Below the pieces are notes generated by a model. The model saw only the letters and a program-made list of their open reading frames with translations, was not told where the DNA came from and ran no database searches. A DNA stretch of 63,809 nt, filler included, from Lenisia limosa (Eukaryota; Protista; Breviatea), in the NCBI GenBank assembly GCA_001655205.1. It is 21 parts of 21 records of this genome, joined end to end, with 100 filler letters (N's around TTAATTAATTAA, not from the genome) between each part and the next. Parts side by side here need not be neighbours in the genome. Positions count along the whole stretch, not along the records: positions 34,789 to 39,289 come from LPNZ01004339.1; positions 39,390 to 40,999 come from LPNZ01009988.1; positions 41,100 to 44,414 come from LPNZ01004539.1; positions 44,515 to 47,160 come from LPNZ01001147.1; positions 47,261 to 49,851 come from LPNZ01002231.1; 16 more parts are not named here. One strand, 5' to 3'. The position numbers and the translations under genes are program-made. Positions 36,481-47,754 of the stretch are shown here, in pieces; within the stretch, counting starts at the first letter, position 1; every line of letters starts with the position of its first letter.

Positions 36481-36744
36481 CTGGGGGGGGGGGGTAAAAN
36501 NNNNNNNNNNNNNNNNNNNNNNNNNNNNNNNNNNNNNNNNNNNNNNNNNNNNNNNNNNNNNNNNNNNNNNNNNNNNNNNNNNNNNNNNNNNNNNNNNNNN
36601 NNNNNNNNNNNNNNNNNNNNNNNNNNNNNNNNNNNNNNNNNNNNNNNNNNNNNNNNNNNNNNNNNNNCGAAACTACATTTGTTTGCCACCACAATACCTA
36701 ATTAGATGCTTGAGAATATAGAAACTCAACCTGATATATCCTGG

Positions 36745-39210
36745 TTACTTTACATGCTTTTGGAACCGTGAAGATCTATCTTTCTCGGTCCACCCAGCCC
36801 TTTGCAAACCTCTAACGACACCACCACGCTTCTTGACGCGCTTGATCTCACGTTCGTCCTCCTCGTTTTGCATCTTGCGTCTCTTCTGCTTGCGCGACAT
36901 ACCTGAATTGTCCGTCAAATGTGCATGTATGTGGACATGCGAAACTTTCAAATGCATGAACATAATATATTATCATAGTATATACATATATATATAGTAT
37001 ATCGATATACTCTATATAAATGTATGTAAAGACGAGAAGCAAAACCCGTACCGGCAAATCTCGACCTCCTGGGGCCTTCTTCCTTCTCCAGTTTCTCTCG
37101 CCTTCTGCGCTGGCTGGGGGTAAGGCCTGGGGAAAAGTAAGAGGGGGGGACGGGTAGAAATGGCAAATTTTTGAAACAAAAAACAAAAACGGAATTAGTT
37201 GACTAGAATTTGGGAAACACACGGGTTAAACAAAGCCCAAAATCAACTCTCTTGGCTGTTGATATTTGTGTCATGACTTGTCGCGGTAAGGGTACATGTA
37301 TTAAACACCCAAAAAAGCATACTGTCAGGAAGTTTCTCTCCTTGCTGCTCCTCTCTGCCAATAGCTAAACAGTTAGAACGGTATAATTCAGTAACACAAA
37401 GTATATTGAATACTCAGGGTCCATTTATTGAGATGCAAAGCTATCATCATAACATCAAGTTTCGTATTATTTTACTTGATTACTTGTATCCGCTCTCTGA
37501 ATTAAGACTTGTGCAATTTTCTTTCATCTGACTCGAAAGTCGGTCATACCATCATTCACTCGTGGATTTGGATCAATAAAATTTTAAAACTCTATAATTG
37601 AAAGATATAAATGAAAATATTACTTACTTGACATACATACTACATACATAATAAAAAGTATATTACATGTCATATCATGATATGCCACATAGGAATTCCT
37701 GTACCGAATACCCCCCTCCCTTTACCCTTAGCAGATTGCTTGTCCGCCTTGTTCTGGAACCATTCGCGACGAGGGCGTCTAAATGGAGTAAATGAGGAGG
37801 GGGGGGGGGTGAAGAAAAGCAATTTTGATGAAGAATAAGAAAAGCCCCTAACACCCCATATACGCGTTGATGTTGTCTTCATGAAGTAGCATATTCTCAG
37901 CCTTGGTCAGCTGCATGTCTGCAAGTCTCGCTTCTCTCTCCACAATCTCCTCCTCGGCAATACTCTCGAGCTCAGCTGAATTTGGTCATTTTGGGTAAGG
38001 ATGGTCATGCAATATCTAACCCCATACCCCCTTTCCCCCAGAATATTGGACGACCGCCCTAATCCACTTAATACATTATTATGATAATGTGGAATTCTTG
38101 GAAAAGACTCCAAATATGACGCTGAATTGAGCAAATTACTCAGGGAATATCTAGCTCAGCTAGCGGCTATGCTATCTGTGGAAGTCTCTGATCTATTGAT
38201 ACAGTTCATCACAGAACAAGCCGGATGCCCCTACCTCATGTAAAGCAGACCANNNNNNNNNNNNNNNNNNNNNNNNNNNNNNNNNNNNNNNNNNNNNNNN
38301 NNNNNNNNNNNNNNNNNNNNNNNACTTCGGTTCGAAAAAAAGACAGAATTTCTCGATAAATCCTCGAAAATTATCGATATTTCCCCGGTATTTTTCGAAC
38401 CGAGTGAAGCCCCCCCCCCCTCACGCTTCATAGTTTCCACCTTTTTGCGGTATTTAGTGAGAACATCGTCGGGGATAATACGGCTGGAAACCTTGGCCTG
38501 CATTCTACAAGGGTAAGCCTGTAAGAAAGATTGGTAAACTGTCAAAATATATCGCTGATCGATCGATCTTAGTAAAGCTCTAGATATGAGTCAACTTATC
38601 TGGAGATATCATATCGGTCTCACTCCGATACAAATCAACTACCGATAATACGATGATCTATTGAGTAATTCAATCAAAGTACAACACAAAATCCCAAAAA
38701 ATTCCTCCTGTTCTGGGAGGAAAAAGAGAAGGTAATACTCAACTTCGAAAGAAGGAAGATACAAATTGGGAAAAAAATCGAGGATTCATCAAGGTTTTAT
38801 TAGGATTTATCGAGGATTTATCGAGGATAGAACCGAAGAGAATCATCTTATAGCGGCAACCCACTTCTTGATGATGTCCTTAGCGTAGCGTCTGCCGCTT
38901 TCGGTAATCAGCGAAATTGCACGTCCAGCTGAAAGTGTAAGTAAAGTCAGCTGAAGATGTTTGTAACCACAACAGTAATAAAAGCACCAACTGCTATATC
39001 AGCAAAAAGAGAACAAAATGACAAAGTAACATACACAGCCACAACAACAAAAGCAAAAACTCACAACATTCAAAAGAAAATAAAACAACAAAAACAACAA
39101 AGCAAGAATAAAATCAACACAAACAGCCACCAACTCTTTCCGGCACGTGCAGTTCTGCCGACTCGGTGAATGTACTCCTTGAGAGACTTCGGAATGTCGA
39201 CGTTGATGAC
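36745..39210 (-). CDS. DDX27: DEAD-box RNA helicase DDX27/Drs1, C-terminal part
   Basis: Motif VI in [24 protein letters not shown], then [63 protein letters not shown]|RPRREWFQ (a Drs1-type segment) and a basic tail ending in TAA. Confidence 0.88.
38324..38420. mobile_element. Family A MITE in a DDX27 intron, fused to a G-run directly after the donor
   Basis: The minus strand reads AAGC|GTGAGGGGGGGGGGGCTTCACTCGGTTCGAAAAAATACC..; the far end is lost in an N gap. Confidence 0.85.
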
Positions 39211-39892
39211 CTGGTTAGTCAGGCATATACATGTAGTACATATCATAGGATCACATATTGATATATAGCAATGAGAAATAGAAAAAATANNNNNNNNNNN
39301 NNNNNNNNNNNNNNNNNNNNNNNNNNNNNNNNNTTAATTAATTAANNNNNNNNNNNNNNNNNNNNNNNNNNNNNNNNNNNNNNNNNNNNTGTTTTCTTGT
39401 CCATCATGGCAACTGGGTTCCGTATGATCCCCATCCATGGTTATTTCTACTTTATTCTGTATGTTCTCTTTGTAGCGTATAATGTTATGGTCGAGTTTAA
39501 TGTCATCTAGATTGGACCTGGTGTGAATATACTAATTAGACGATTTCATTTCTCTGGTTGTGTTCTTTAAAAATAGGATGTAGCTGTCCTTCTTTTGACC
39601 CAAATCTATATTATCAGAGTTATATCCATAGCAAACAAGAACAGTGATAGTCAAGCCGGGGGGGGGGGGCATTTAAAAAGAAAATTCAAAGGGTTTNNNN
39701 NNNNNNNNNNNNNNNNNNNNNNNNNNNNNNNNNNNNNNNNNNNNNNNNNNNNNNNNNNNNNNNNCCCCCATCCCCCGCTTTTTTTTAAAAAAATACCTGA
39801 AAAATACAAAAACCAACATCCCAGCCTCCTTCATTCATCAAATAAACACCTTGTAAACAGCAAAACAAAACACACACTCAACACACGTCACA

Positions 39893-40550
39893 ATGGCCAT
39901 TGGCTACGGAGATCATGCCAGGAACCTTGCCGCAGCTCCTATCATGACGGATGAAGAGGCTGCGCAACAGAAGAAGCTCGACAAGCTCCAGAAGAAGCTC
40001 CAGAAACTTCAAAAGAAAGTGAAGAAGAAGAAGGACAAGGAGAAGGAGAAGGAGAGGAGAAGGAGGGAGAGGTCCCCATCACCATCATCGGAAAGAGGGA
40101 GGGAAAGAGACTATGAACCTCCTTCTGGCCAATCGTCCGTCAAAACAGAGAACCCAGAAGTGTTCCGTATAGGTGAGATCGGTCCGTCCATTCCCTCGGA
40201 TGTTTTGGAGAAGATGTGCAACCCCCCTCCTCGCCCTGCCTCCCCTCCACAAGGTTTCTGGGTGGATGTTGTTGTTGTTATTATTTGTCTTATTTTGTGC
40301 AAAGGAAAGAAAACATGGTGGTATTGTATTCTCTTCTTTTGCGTGTTTTGGTTTATGATTGTTCTTACTCCAACAGAAGAGGAGAAGAAAGAAGACGCTT
40401 ATGATGAAATTGGACCAATGTAAGTGGGTTTGTCATAGTTTAATGAAGGAGATTCTTGACAAGAAGTCTGAAATTCCAAAGAGTTTATCCACTAAAAGTG
40501 TAATAAGAAGGGGAACGCTATGCTCATTTGAGTACTCTGAACTAAGAGAG
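39893..40550 (+). CDS. Lys/Arg/Ser-rich low-complexity protein, N-terminal part, unknown
   Basis: Long open first exon MAIGYGDHARNL..KKKKDKEKEKERRRRERSPSPSSERGRER..; introns follow at caag|gtttct and ccaat|gtaagt. Confidence 0.6.
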
Positions 40551-41276
40551 TGAGGTGCCACCAATTTGCGGGCTGGGCTTTGTTTGTTTGTTTGTTTGTT
40601 TGTTTGTGTTTTTTCGAACCTCGTACAATGAGTATATCCGTTTGTTTTTATGCACACAGAAAGCTGTGTGCACAGAGTTGTAAGGCAAATGATTGGGTGA
40701 ATTAATATGATAATATAATCCAATATCTCTTATAAGCGTGATGGTNNNNNNNNNNNNNNNNNNNNNNNNNNNNNNNNNNNNNNNNNNNNTTTTGTTTCTT
40801 TCATGTCAGCTTTTGGTAGTTTCCACGCAACGATATGGGTATTGACTGACAAGTGTTGTCTTCGTTTCGTTGCGACTCGAATGTCGCTCATATGATCATT
40901 CAAGGGTGGATTCATCAATGTTTAGCCACAAAGTTGTTATCAACCCTCGTGTGATGTCAGCCAACAGAGTTGATTGGGGCTTTTTGTTTCATAAATTTTN
41001 NNNNNNNNNNNNNNNNNNNNNNNNNNNNNNNNNNNNNNNNNNNTTAATTAATTAANNNNNNNNNNNNNNNNNNNNNNNNNNNNNNNNNNNNNNNNNNNNC
41101 CCCGATTAAAAATCCAAAACCCGCTTGGTACATATCTGGACAAGCAAACCTCAAAACTTTGAACAAAGAAAATGTACACAACTTCAAAAAGAAAGAAATA
41201 GGCACAATGAAGCCTTTAGAGTACAGTGGGAGACACCCCCTCCCCCCCCAGGCCTAAAACGGATTCCAGCACGCAC

Positions 41277-44257
41277 CTTCTCAAGGAGGCTCTCGCAGAT
41301 GTTGTGGATAGAGGGGTTGAACTGAACAAGTCGGCCCAAATGCTCAAGAATGTCGTATGAGCGAGTCTGAACGTGTTACCGCAGTTGTGTTGATGGCAAT
41401 CCCATGTTGATATTTGTATTTCAAATATAAACTCAAAAAAAGGGTTCAGCATATAAAGGCAGTGTGAGAGTCACATGTCTGGCCTCCTTCCATTTGCGCT
41501 TGATACCCCCCCCCCCCNNNNNNNNNNNNNNNNNNNNNNNNNNNNNNNNNNNNNNNNNNNNNNNNNNNNNNNNNNNNNNNNNNNNNNNNNNNNNNNNNNN
41601 NNNNNNNNNNNNNNNNNNNNNNNNNNNNNNNNNNNNNNNNNNNNNNNNNATCGAAAAGCTCTTGGCGGACAACGTTCATAATCTGATAATAAGGTTAAAC
41701 ATTATTTGCGTGGAGTTATATCTGTCTCACATCGTCCGCTAACGTCAACGTACAGTGGCCGGGATAAGTCTTGACCGATTTTCCTTGTGAAATCATATCG
41801 CAAATCGGTCAAGACGTATCCTGGTCACTGTAGTATGAATACAATACCCTTCAACCCTTCAACCCCTATCAACATTGTTATCAACCCACCAGGGGTAGAC
41901 AGTAGTCCACTTCTCCTGGAAGAACTTCCGTCATTTTCGACAGCATTGAGTAGAGGGTGTATGACAGGACGTGGAGCTAAGAGATGAGTTTTTGATAAAA
42001 GGGGGAAGGTAAGGCTGAAAATAGCCCCATCAAACACAAAGGAGTATCAAGAAGCCCCATCAAACACAAAGGAGTATCAAGAAGCCCCATCAAACACATA
42101 GGAGTATCAAGAAGCCCCATCAAACACATAGGAGTATCAAGAAGCCATAAAGCCCCATCAAACACATAGGAGTATCATAGGAGGACTGAGAAGAGAAATA
42201 CAATAACAAAGCAAGAGGCAACATTGATATACATATCATATGTACATATCATATGGCATCAAAATAATATAATCCTCGAACCTGGGGGCCCCTCGTGAGG
42301 GAGGCAACAAGTTCGGTAATCCAGTTCTTCAGGAATCTGAAATCTAATTATTTTGGCTTTTAGGTCAAATATACTTATATAAGATATCAATCAAACTACC
42401 GCTTATGATACTTTCCCTATTGAAATTTAAAGCCAACCCACCTTGGGCCGAGCATGTTGGAAGCCTTGCAAATGGTGTCTCTCACAATGTTGCGCTGATC
42501 TTCGTCGCGTGTGCGCATCATCTGATCCGTCATTCCAAAAGGGGCAAGTTGTCACAAGAGGCTAGTGGAAGAGGGACAACCATTGTATATTAAATACGAA
42601 ACCATGTTTCATCCTATGATATCGAGAAATGCCTTTTACATAGCACGCCATAAATCTAAAAATTAATAGCATACTCCTTATTCATTTGCTACGGGGCTTA
42701 AAATGATATTTGCAACCAAAATATACAGTGACCGGGATAAGAAGTCTTTACCTATTTTTCTTGGGAAATCAAGCAAATTGATCAAGCAAGACTTATCCCG
42801 GTCACTGTATGCCATAAGTGGAAGGAGAATCATGGCACCCCTCACGATCGAGAGCTGAGTGATGAGACGGGGGAGGTAGAAGCGTGAGTCCTCGTGACTC
42901 AGAAGCAGCAAGGCCTGGAACAGACACACAGCCACGCCCGACCTGGGGGTGGGTAAGAACAGGAATTTTGTGAAACAAAAAAGCCCAGAATCAATTCTCT
43001 TGACTACACATGAGGGTTGAAAACAACACAGACAGTTTCAGATAAGAATTATGATGGGATGGGGGATTTGTCATTTAGGGCTTCGTTTGGGTTAGAAAAA
43101 GGTAAGAAAAAGGCAAGAAAAAGGCAAGAAAAAGGCAAGAAAAAGGCAAGAAAAAGGCAAGAAAAAGGAAAGAAAAAGAGCCAGAAAGAATCCAGTCCTG
43201 CCCCCACCTTAAAATGGTTTCCTCGCGGCCATCCGTTTCCCTCTCGCGAGTTACGAACACGGCAGTCTTGAGTTGCGGAAGGAGACGAGTCAGGAGAACA
43301 ACACGAGTCTGCTTAGCCTGTTCCCCTGAGGCTTCTGGGGGGGGGGGGGGNNNNNNNNNNNNNNNNNNNNNNNNNNNNNNNNNNNNNNNNNNNNNNNNNN
43401 NNNNNNNNNNNNNNNNNNNNNNNNNNNNNNNNNNNNNNNNNNNNNNNNNNNNNNNNNNNNNNNNNNNNNNNNNNNNNNNNNNNNNNNNNNNNNNNNNNNN
43501 NNNNNNNNNNNNNNNNNNAACAACCTGGGGGGGTTGTGAGTAAAAAAAGGAAACTTCCATGAAGAATATTGGTTCTGGGAGGGAGGGTTACAAACAAAAT
43601 GAAATACACCTCTATTCTCTTTTCCTTTCACCTTTCTTCATGAACTCAACTGACGATCACAAGAACAAGAATCTTGCCCCTTCGAGACCCCCATACCAGC
43701 TGCTTGTCTCATGTCCTCTTCAAGGTTCTTGTCCATTTCCAGACTCTTGAGCGCCTTGAACTCCTAAAGCAGTTCAGTTCAGTTCAGATCAGTTCAGTTC
43801 AATTTGGTGGTAAACTCATTTTGGTTCATGAAACTTACCAAAACTTTTGCTATTCCCACCTTCGGTTTTGCCAATTCGGTTCCATCAGTAGTGCCCTTCG
43901 TTTGGTCGCGTTGCTTCTTCCTCTCGTTCAAAAGCTGTTGCTTCGACTTCTTCGGCTTCTTTTCCTCCTTCTTCTCGTCCTTCTTCTTCTCAGTCTCTTC
44001 CGCCTTCATCTCGGCATCATCATCGGAACTGTCGGAACTGTCGGAATCGGAACTGTCGGAGTCGGAAGCCTCGGGTTCTGCGGGGTCAATTTGGAGAAGA
44101 GGAGGGCTTCCATTGAGAAAAAGACAGATTTTCTCGAGAATTCGCAGGGAGATATCGACATTGTCACCATAACCCCCACCACCCCCCACCGTTTTCAAGC
44201 TCCACACGCACAGCAAGGGCTTGGCGTCTGCGCTCCATCATCTCATCATGCTCCTTC
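41277..44257 (-). CDS. UTP20: U3 snoRNP component UTP20 (DRIM region), partial
   Basis: Successive exons EETILR|SGVAVCLFQALLLL..YLPRLITQL|MMRTRDEDQRNIVRDTICKASNMLGP|RFLKNWITELVASLTRGPQ|LHVLSYTLYSML..GEVDYCLPL|IMNVVRQELF..TRSYDILEHLGRLV match the UTP20 LKELQ..L.RGYQ.HVL pattern. Confidence 0.85.
41753..41830. mobile_element. Family B MITE (best copy), in a UTP20 intron
   Basis: TA|CAGTGGCCGGGATAAGTCTTGACCGATTT..AAATCGGTCAAGACGTATCCTGGTCACTG|TA; ~29-bp TIRs. Confidence 0.92.
42024..42177. repeat. Intronic minisatellite, 30-bp unit x~5
   Basis: Unit GCCCCATCAAACACA(A/T)AGGAGTATCAAGAA. Confidence 0.92.
42726..42807. mobile_element. Family B MITE, in a UTP20 intron
   Basis: TA|CAGTGACCGGGATAAG..CAAGACTTATCCCGGTCACTG|TA. 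Confidence 0.88.
43040..43185 (-). repeat. Repeat E, shared by two UTP20 introns (second copy 44285-44368); includes an 11-bp unit x~5
   Basis: CAGATAAGAATTATGATGGG..GGGCTTCGTTTGGGT..AAAAAGGTAAGAAAA is present in both; (AAAAAGGCAAG)n is expanded in this copy. Confidence 0.8.
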
Positions 44258-44649
44258 CTGCGGGGTTGGTCAAATGAATAAATCAGATAAGAATTATGAT
44301 GGGGTGTCGGGGGCTTCGTTTGGGTAAGACAAAGGCAAAAAAAAGGTAAGAAAAGGAGCCACAAAGAATTCAATTTGCTTGAGTATAATCACTGAAACTA
44401 CATCTCCCCCCCCCNNNNNNNNNNNNNNNNNNNNNNNNNNNNNNNNNNNNNNNNNNNNTTAATTAATTAANNNNNNNNNNNNNNNNNNNNNNNNNNNNNN
44501 NNNNNNNNNNNNNNCAGTAACCAAGTTCCACATCGCCAAATTATTACAAATCTTAAAGTATCGATCAATCCGTCTTAAAAAAATCCCAAACCAGACTAAA
44601 GCGGCCTTTTCATTCAAAATGGTGATTGTTTTTTTTTGTTAATCAAAAA

Positions 44650-46190
44650 AAATTGGGTCCCCACCATCAGTAGCTGGGCAAGGCGTCCCCATCGTGACGA
44701 AACAATTTCCGACTTGAGAGAGTGGATAGTGGTTTCTTGGGCTGACAACCGCGCAATAGCAACATCTACTTCATGTCTCCATCTGAGGGGTTGGTAAACT
44801 TGTAGAAAGGAGAAATATGAGACAAAAGAGAAGCGAAGAGATTGTATTTGTGTGTACGTACATTTTATATGACAAAACTGAACCATTATCCCAGTTACAA
44901 AAGGGGATATCTGACAGAATAACCGTTTCATTCAGGACTCTTTTTCAGGTGTATCTCAAGACACTTTTATGAAAGTTACAGACAACCAACCTTGCCCTAT
45001 CATCCTTCATGGCCTGGAGGCCCTCGTGCCGCAGCGTCCATGGCAGGGCACTTTGGGCCAGCTCTTTGGATATCTGGAACACTGCTGGGAACAGCGTACA
45101 TTTCCTGAAGTCATAACCAAAATTACCAGTGGACGGGTCTCAAGTACCGCATATGACTGTGTGAGTAGTATTTTGGAGTTAAAACTGTAAAGAACTCATC
45201 TTGTAGAAATTTTCGATAGCAAGTTTTCACTTTCAGAAGGGTTATTTTTTGATAAAAAAGATTATCATCATTAGCGCCCCCCCCCCCTTACGCTCTAAAA
45301 AGGCCGGCTACACCAAGAGTCAACTGCGCTATCACTGCTATGTTAAATGAGGAGGCTTTTTCTCAAAAATGAAAATACTCCCGGAAACCGTCACCTCTAT
45401 TATTTCACGGAAAATCATTTACTATATCATGAATAGGGTTGGCAAAATCAGCAACATAGATCAGAGGTGCTCACCTGGGGGCGGAAGCTGGTGCTGGCCC
45501 AGGATTTTGATCTGAGAGTGCAGGGTTGCAAAAGCAGCTGAAGCGGTGAAAAGTCATATCAATGGCACAAGTAGAACAATTGTGTGATTCAAAGTACTAT
45601 CACAACCAACCAACAGACCTTCGAACTCCGCGCAGGTGCTCAGAAGGCGATCATTGGCTATTTTGACCCTCTCAGCTGCGCGTTCGGATACCCGCTCTCC
45701 CCCAAGGGGAAATGCAATGGACCTGCTGTATTATAGCCACGTTTGAAGTAAATATATTTATCTACGGACATGCTGCATTATGGGCATGTGAAAATGAACA
45801 TGTGCTATCAATTCCATAGCGTAACATTTCGGTTACTTATGGTGGTAAGCCCATTGTATTCATAGGTTGTTTTTGTCCAAGATTTCATATTATTTCTCTT
45901 GTTAAAAAATTTTGTCCAAAAAGGACAATTAAGAGAGAGAAGTCAATAAAACATATCTATTGTGCCCACCCGTTACAACCCAAGGCCCTCTGTTTCGCAT
46001 AATATAAACCCCTCTCATATTTATATCAGCTCCAATTTTACGGTAGATCCTCCACTCAAGGTAATAATGCACAATATGAAGAATGTGATGCATGCATGAC
46101 CTACGCATTTGGGCTGCTAGCCGGTTGCAGCACAAGCTCAGACGTGGCCCGTGATACTGGCGTGGTTGCCATTGGGCCATCGTTACTATG
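44650..46190 (-). CDS. Multi-exon gene, partial, unknown
   Basis: Exons AAFATLHSQIKILGQHQLPPQ, VIAQLTLGVAGLFRA, KCTLFPAVFQISKELAQSALPWTLRHEG.. and WRHEVDVAIARLSAQE.. with GT/AG flanks. Confidence 0.45.
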
Positions 46191-46750
46191 TCGTGAATTA
46201 TTACTCAATATTTATGTTATTGGAAGAAGCCCCATACAATGTTTTCACCTTCACTACCGGCGGTGATCGTGGTGTTGATTTCTGAACTGCATTAGTCCTT
46301 TTGATCAAATAACAAGAAGAATAGGAAGAACGTTGTTAGATAAAGAGCAAAAACAACAGTGACAAGTTAATATCAAGGTATCTGTATCATTTACATCATT
46401 GTAGCCAACTTTGGGGGTGTTACCACCTCGGGCAAGGCGAGGCATTGCATCAAAGTCCTACAATGACTTCAAAACTCGATGAGTTGACGCCACTGCTTCA
46501 AGCAGGAGTTATATTGCTGTATTCCCTGCACAGTACTTCCCAATCACACTACAGATATGAGAAAAGGAAAAAAAGTAAAAAAAGAAATTTGGAATGCCTG
46601 TTTTTAACAGATTTAACTAAAAATTAACTAAAATAACTTGCCCCCTTTTTTTGGTTTGTATTTAATATTTTATTGTTGTATCTATTTAAATTTGTCAATT
46701 TTATATTCATATACAGCGGCAAAAAGTAGTTGAGAGTGAAGGGCAAGAAG

Positions 46751-46907
46751 ATGTCGGCAACACCGCCCGTTACATCGCTGACCCCCAACCCTGGAAGCGG
46801 TCCCTCAGCCCCTTTAACTAAATCATCATCAAGATCCAGCGCTGCGACTCCTTCTCTTGCTGGGACTACTCCGGAACCTCACCAGTTGCCTCCTTCAGCG
46901 TCCCCTG
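46751..46907 (+). CDS. First exon of a Ser/Pro/Thr-rich protein
   Basis: ATG at 46751, MSATPPVTSLTPNPGSG..PPSASP, then a GTGAGT donor. Confidence 0.55.
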
Positions 46908-47324
46908 GTGAGTCTTTGGTGCAGTTATATCAATTTAGCATTATATATAGACAACATACCTTAATTGGCTCTCTCTCTCTATCCCAAGGGCGTCAACTGA
47001 TATATTCCATATTGCAAGTTATTTGCTATAATCTAGAAGATAGCTATTCTCAGAATTATTATTCCTTAACACTGTTCCTTACTTTATTTTACCTTTATAT
47101 GTTGGATTTTGTTCTTTTTGGTGGATTCGGTTCCCATTTTATCATTCATCATTCAGCTTCNNNNNNNNNNNNNNNNNNNNNNNNNNNNNNNNNNNNNNNN
47201 NNNNTTAATTAATTAANNNNNNNNNNNNNNNNNNNNNNNNNNNNNNNNNNNNNNNNNNNNGGGGGCATAATGTTCTTGTAGCATGATTTTGAGAATATGT
47301 TGACAATAAGCGGTTACGTCTTAG

Positions 47325-47656
47325 TATTTCTTCGGCCGGAGACTTTACTGGACAAATGGCACCTATGGATGGTAGGTAATAATAGTACATACAGATAATT
47401 ATTAATGTGTGACTATATTGTTTACTCATTACCATCCAGGTCTCAAGCCCAACATGAAAACCATTATTAAGTTCATCACGGGTGCTGAGCCTGAGTTCCT
47501 GGATTTTACTGTATGTGGGTGATATATTGACTATTTCCTGTTGCGCCTCCAGTGACACCTGTTGCGCCTCCAGTGACAAATTTCTAGGAAACCATGAGCC
47601 CCGAGATTGAGGAGAAGACACTTGCTATGAAGAAGAAGATTGACCAGTGGCTCTAA
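47325..47656 (+). CDS. FMN-dependent NADH-azoreductase-like paralog, last three exons
   Basis: ISSAGDFTGQMAPMD|GLKPNMKTIIKFITGAEPEFLDFT|ETMSPEIEEKTLAMKKKIDQWL*, collinear with the minus-strand gene next to it, with the same intron positions. Confidence 0.8.
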
Positions 47657-47754
47657 GTGTTCAGGACACGGCTGTGTATTTATTTTTGTTATTTCCAAAT
47701 GGTCAATGTAGAATATTATGCATAACATGAAAATAAACCAACAGAGCACCTAAT

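Noticed and set aside
39893-40550. NKAP identity for the Lys/Arg/Ser-rich gene
   Set aside because: Only compositional similarity and an EIGP word; the conserved NKAP C-terminal domain is not visible.
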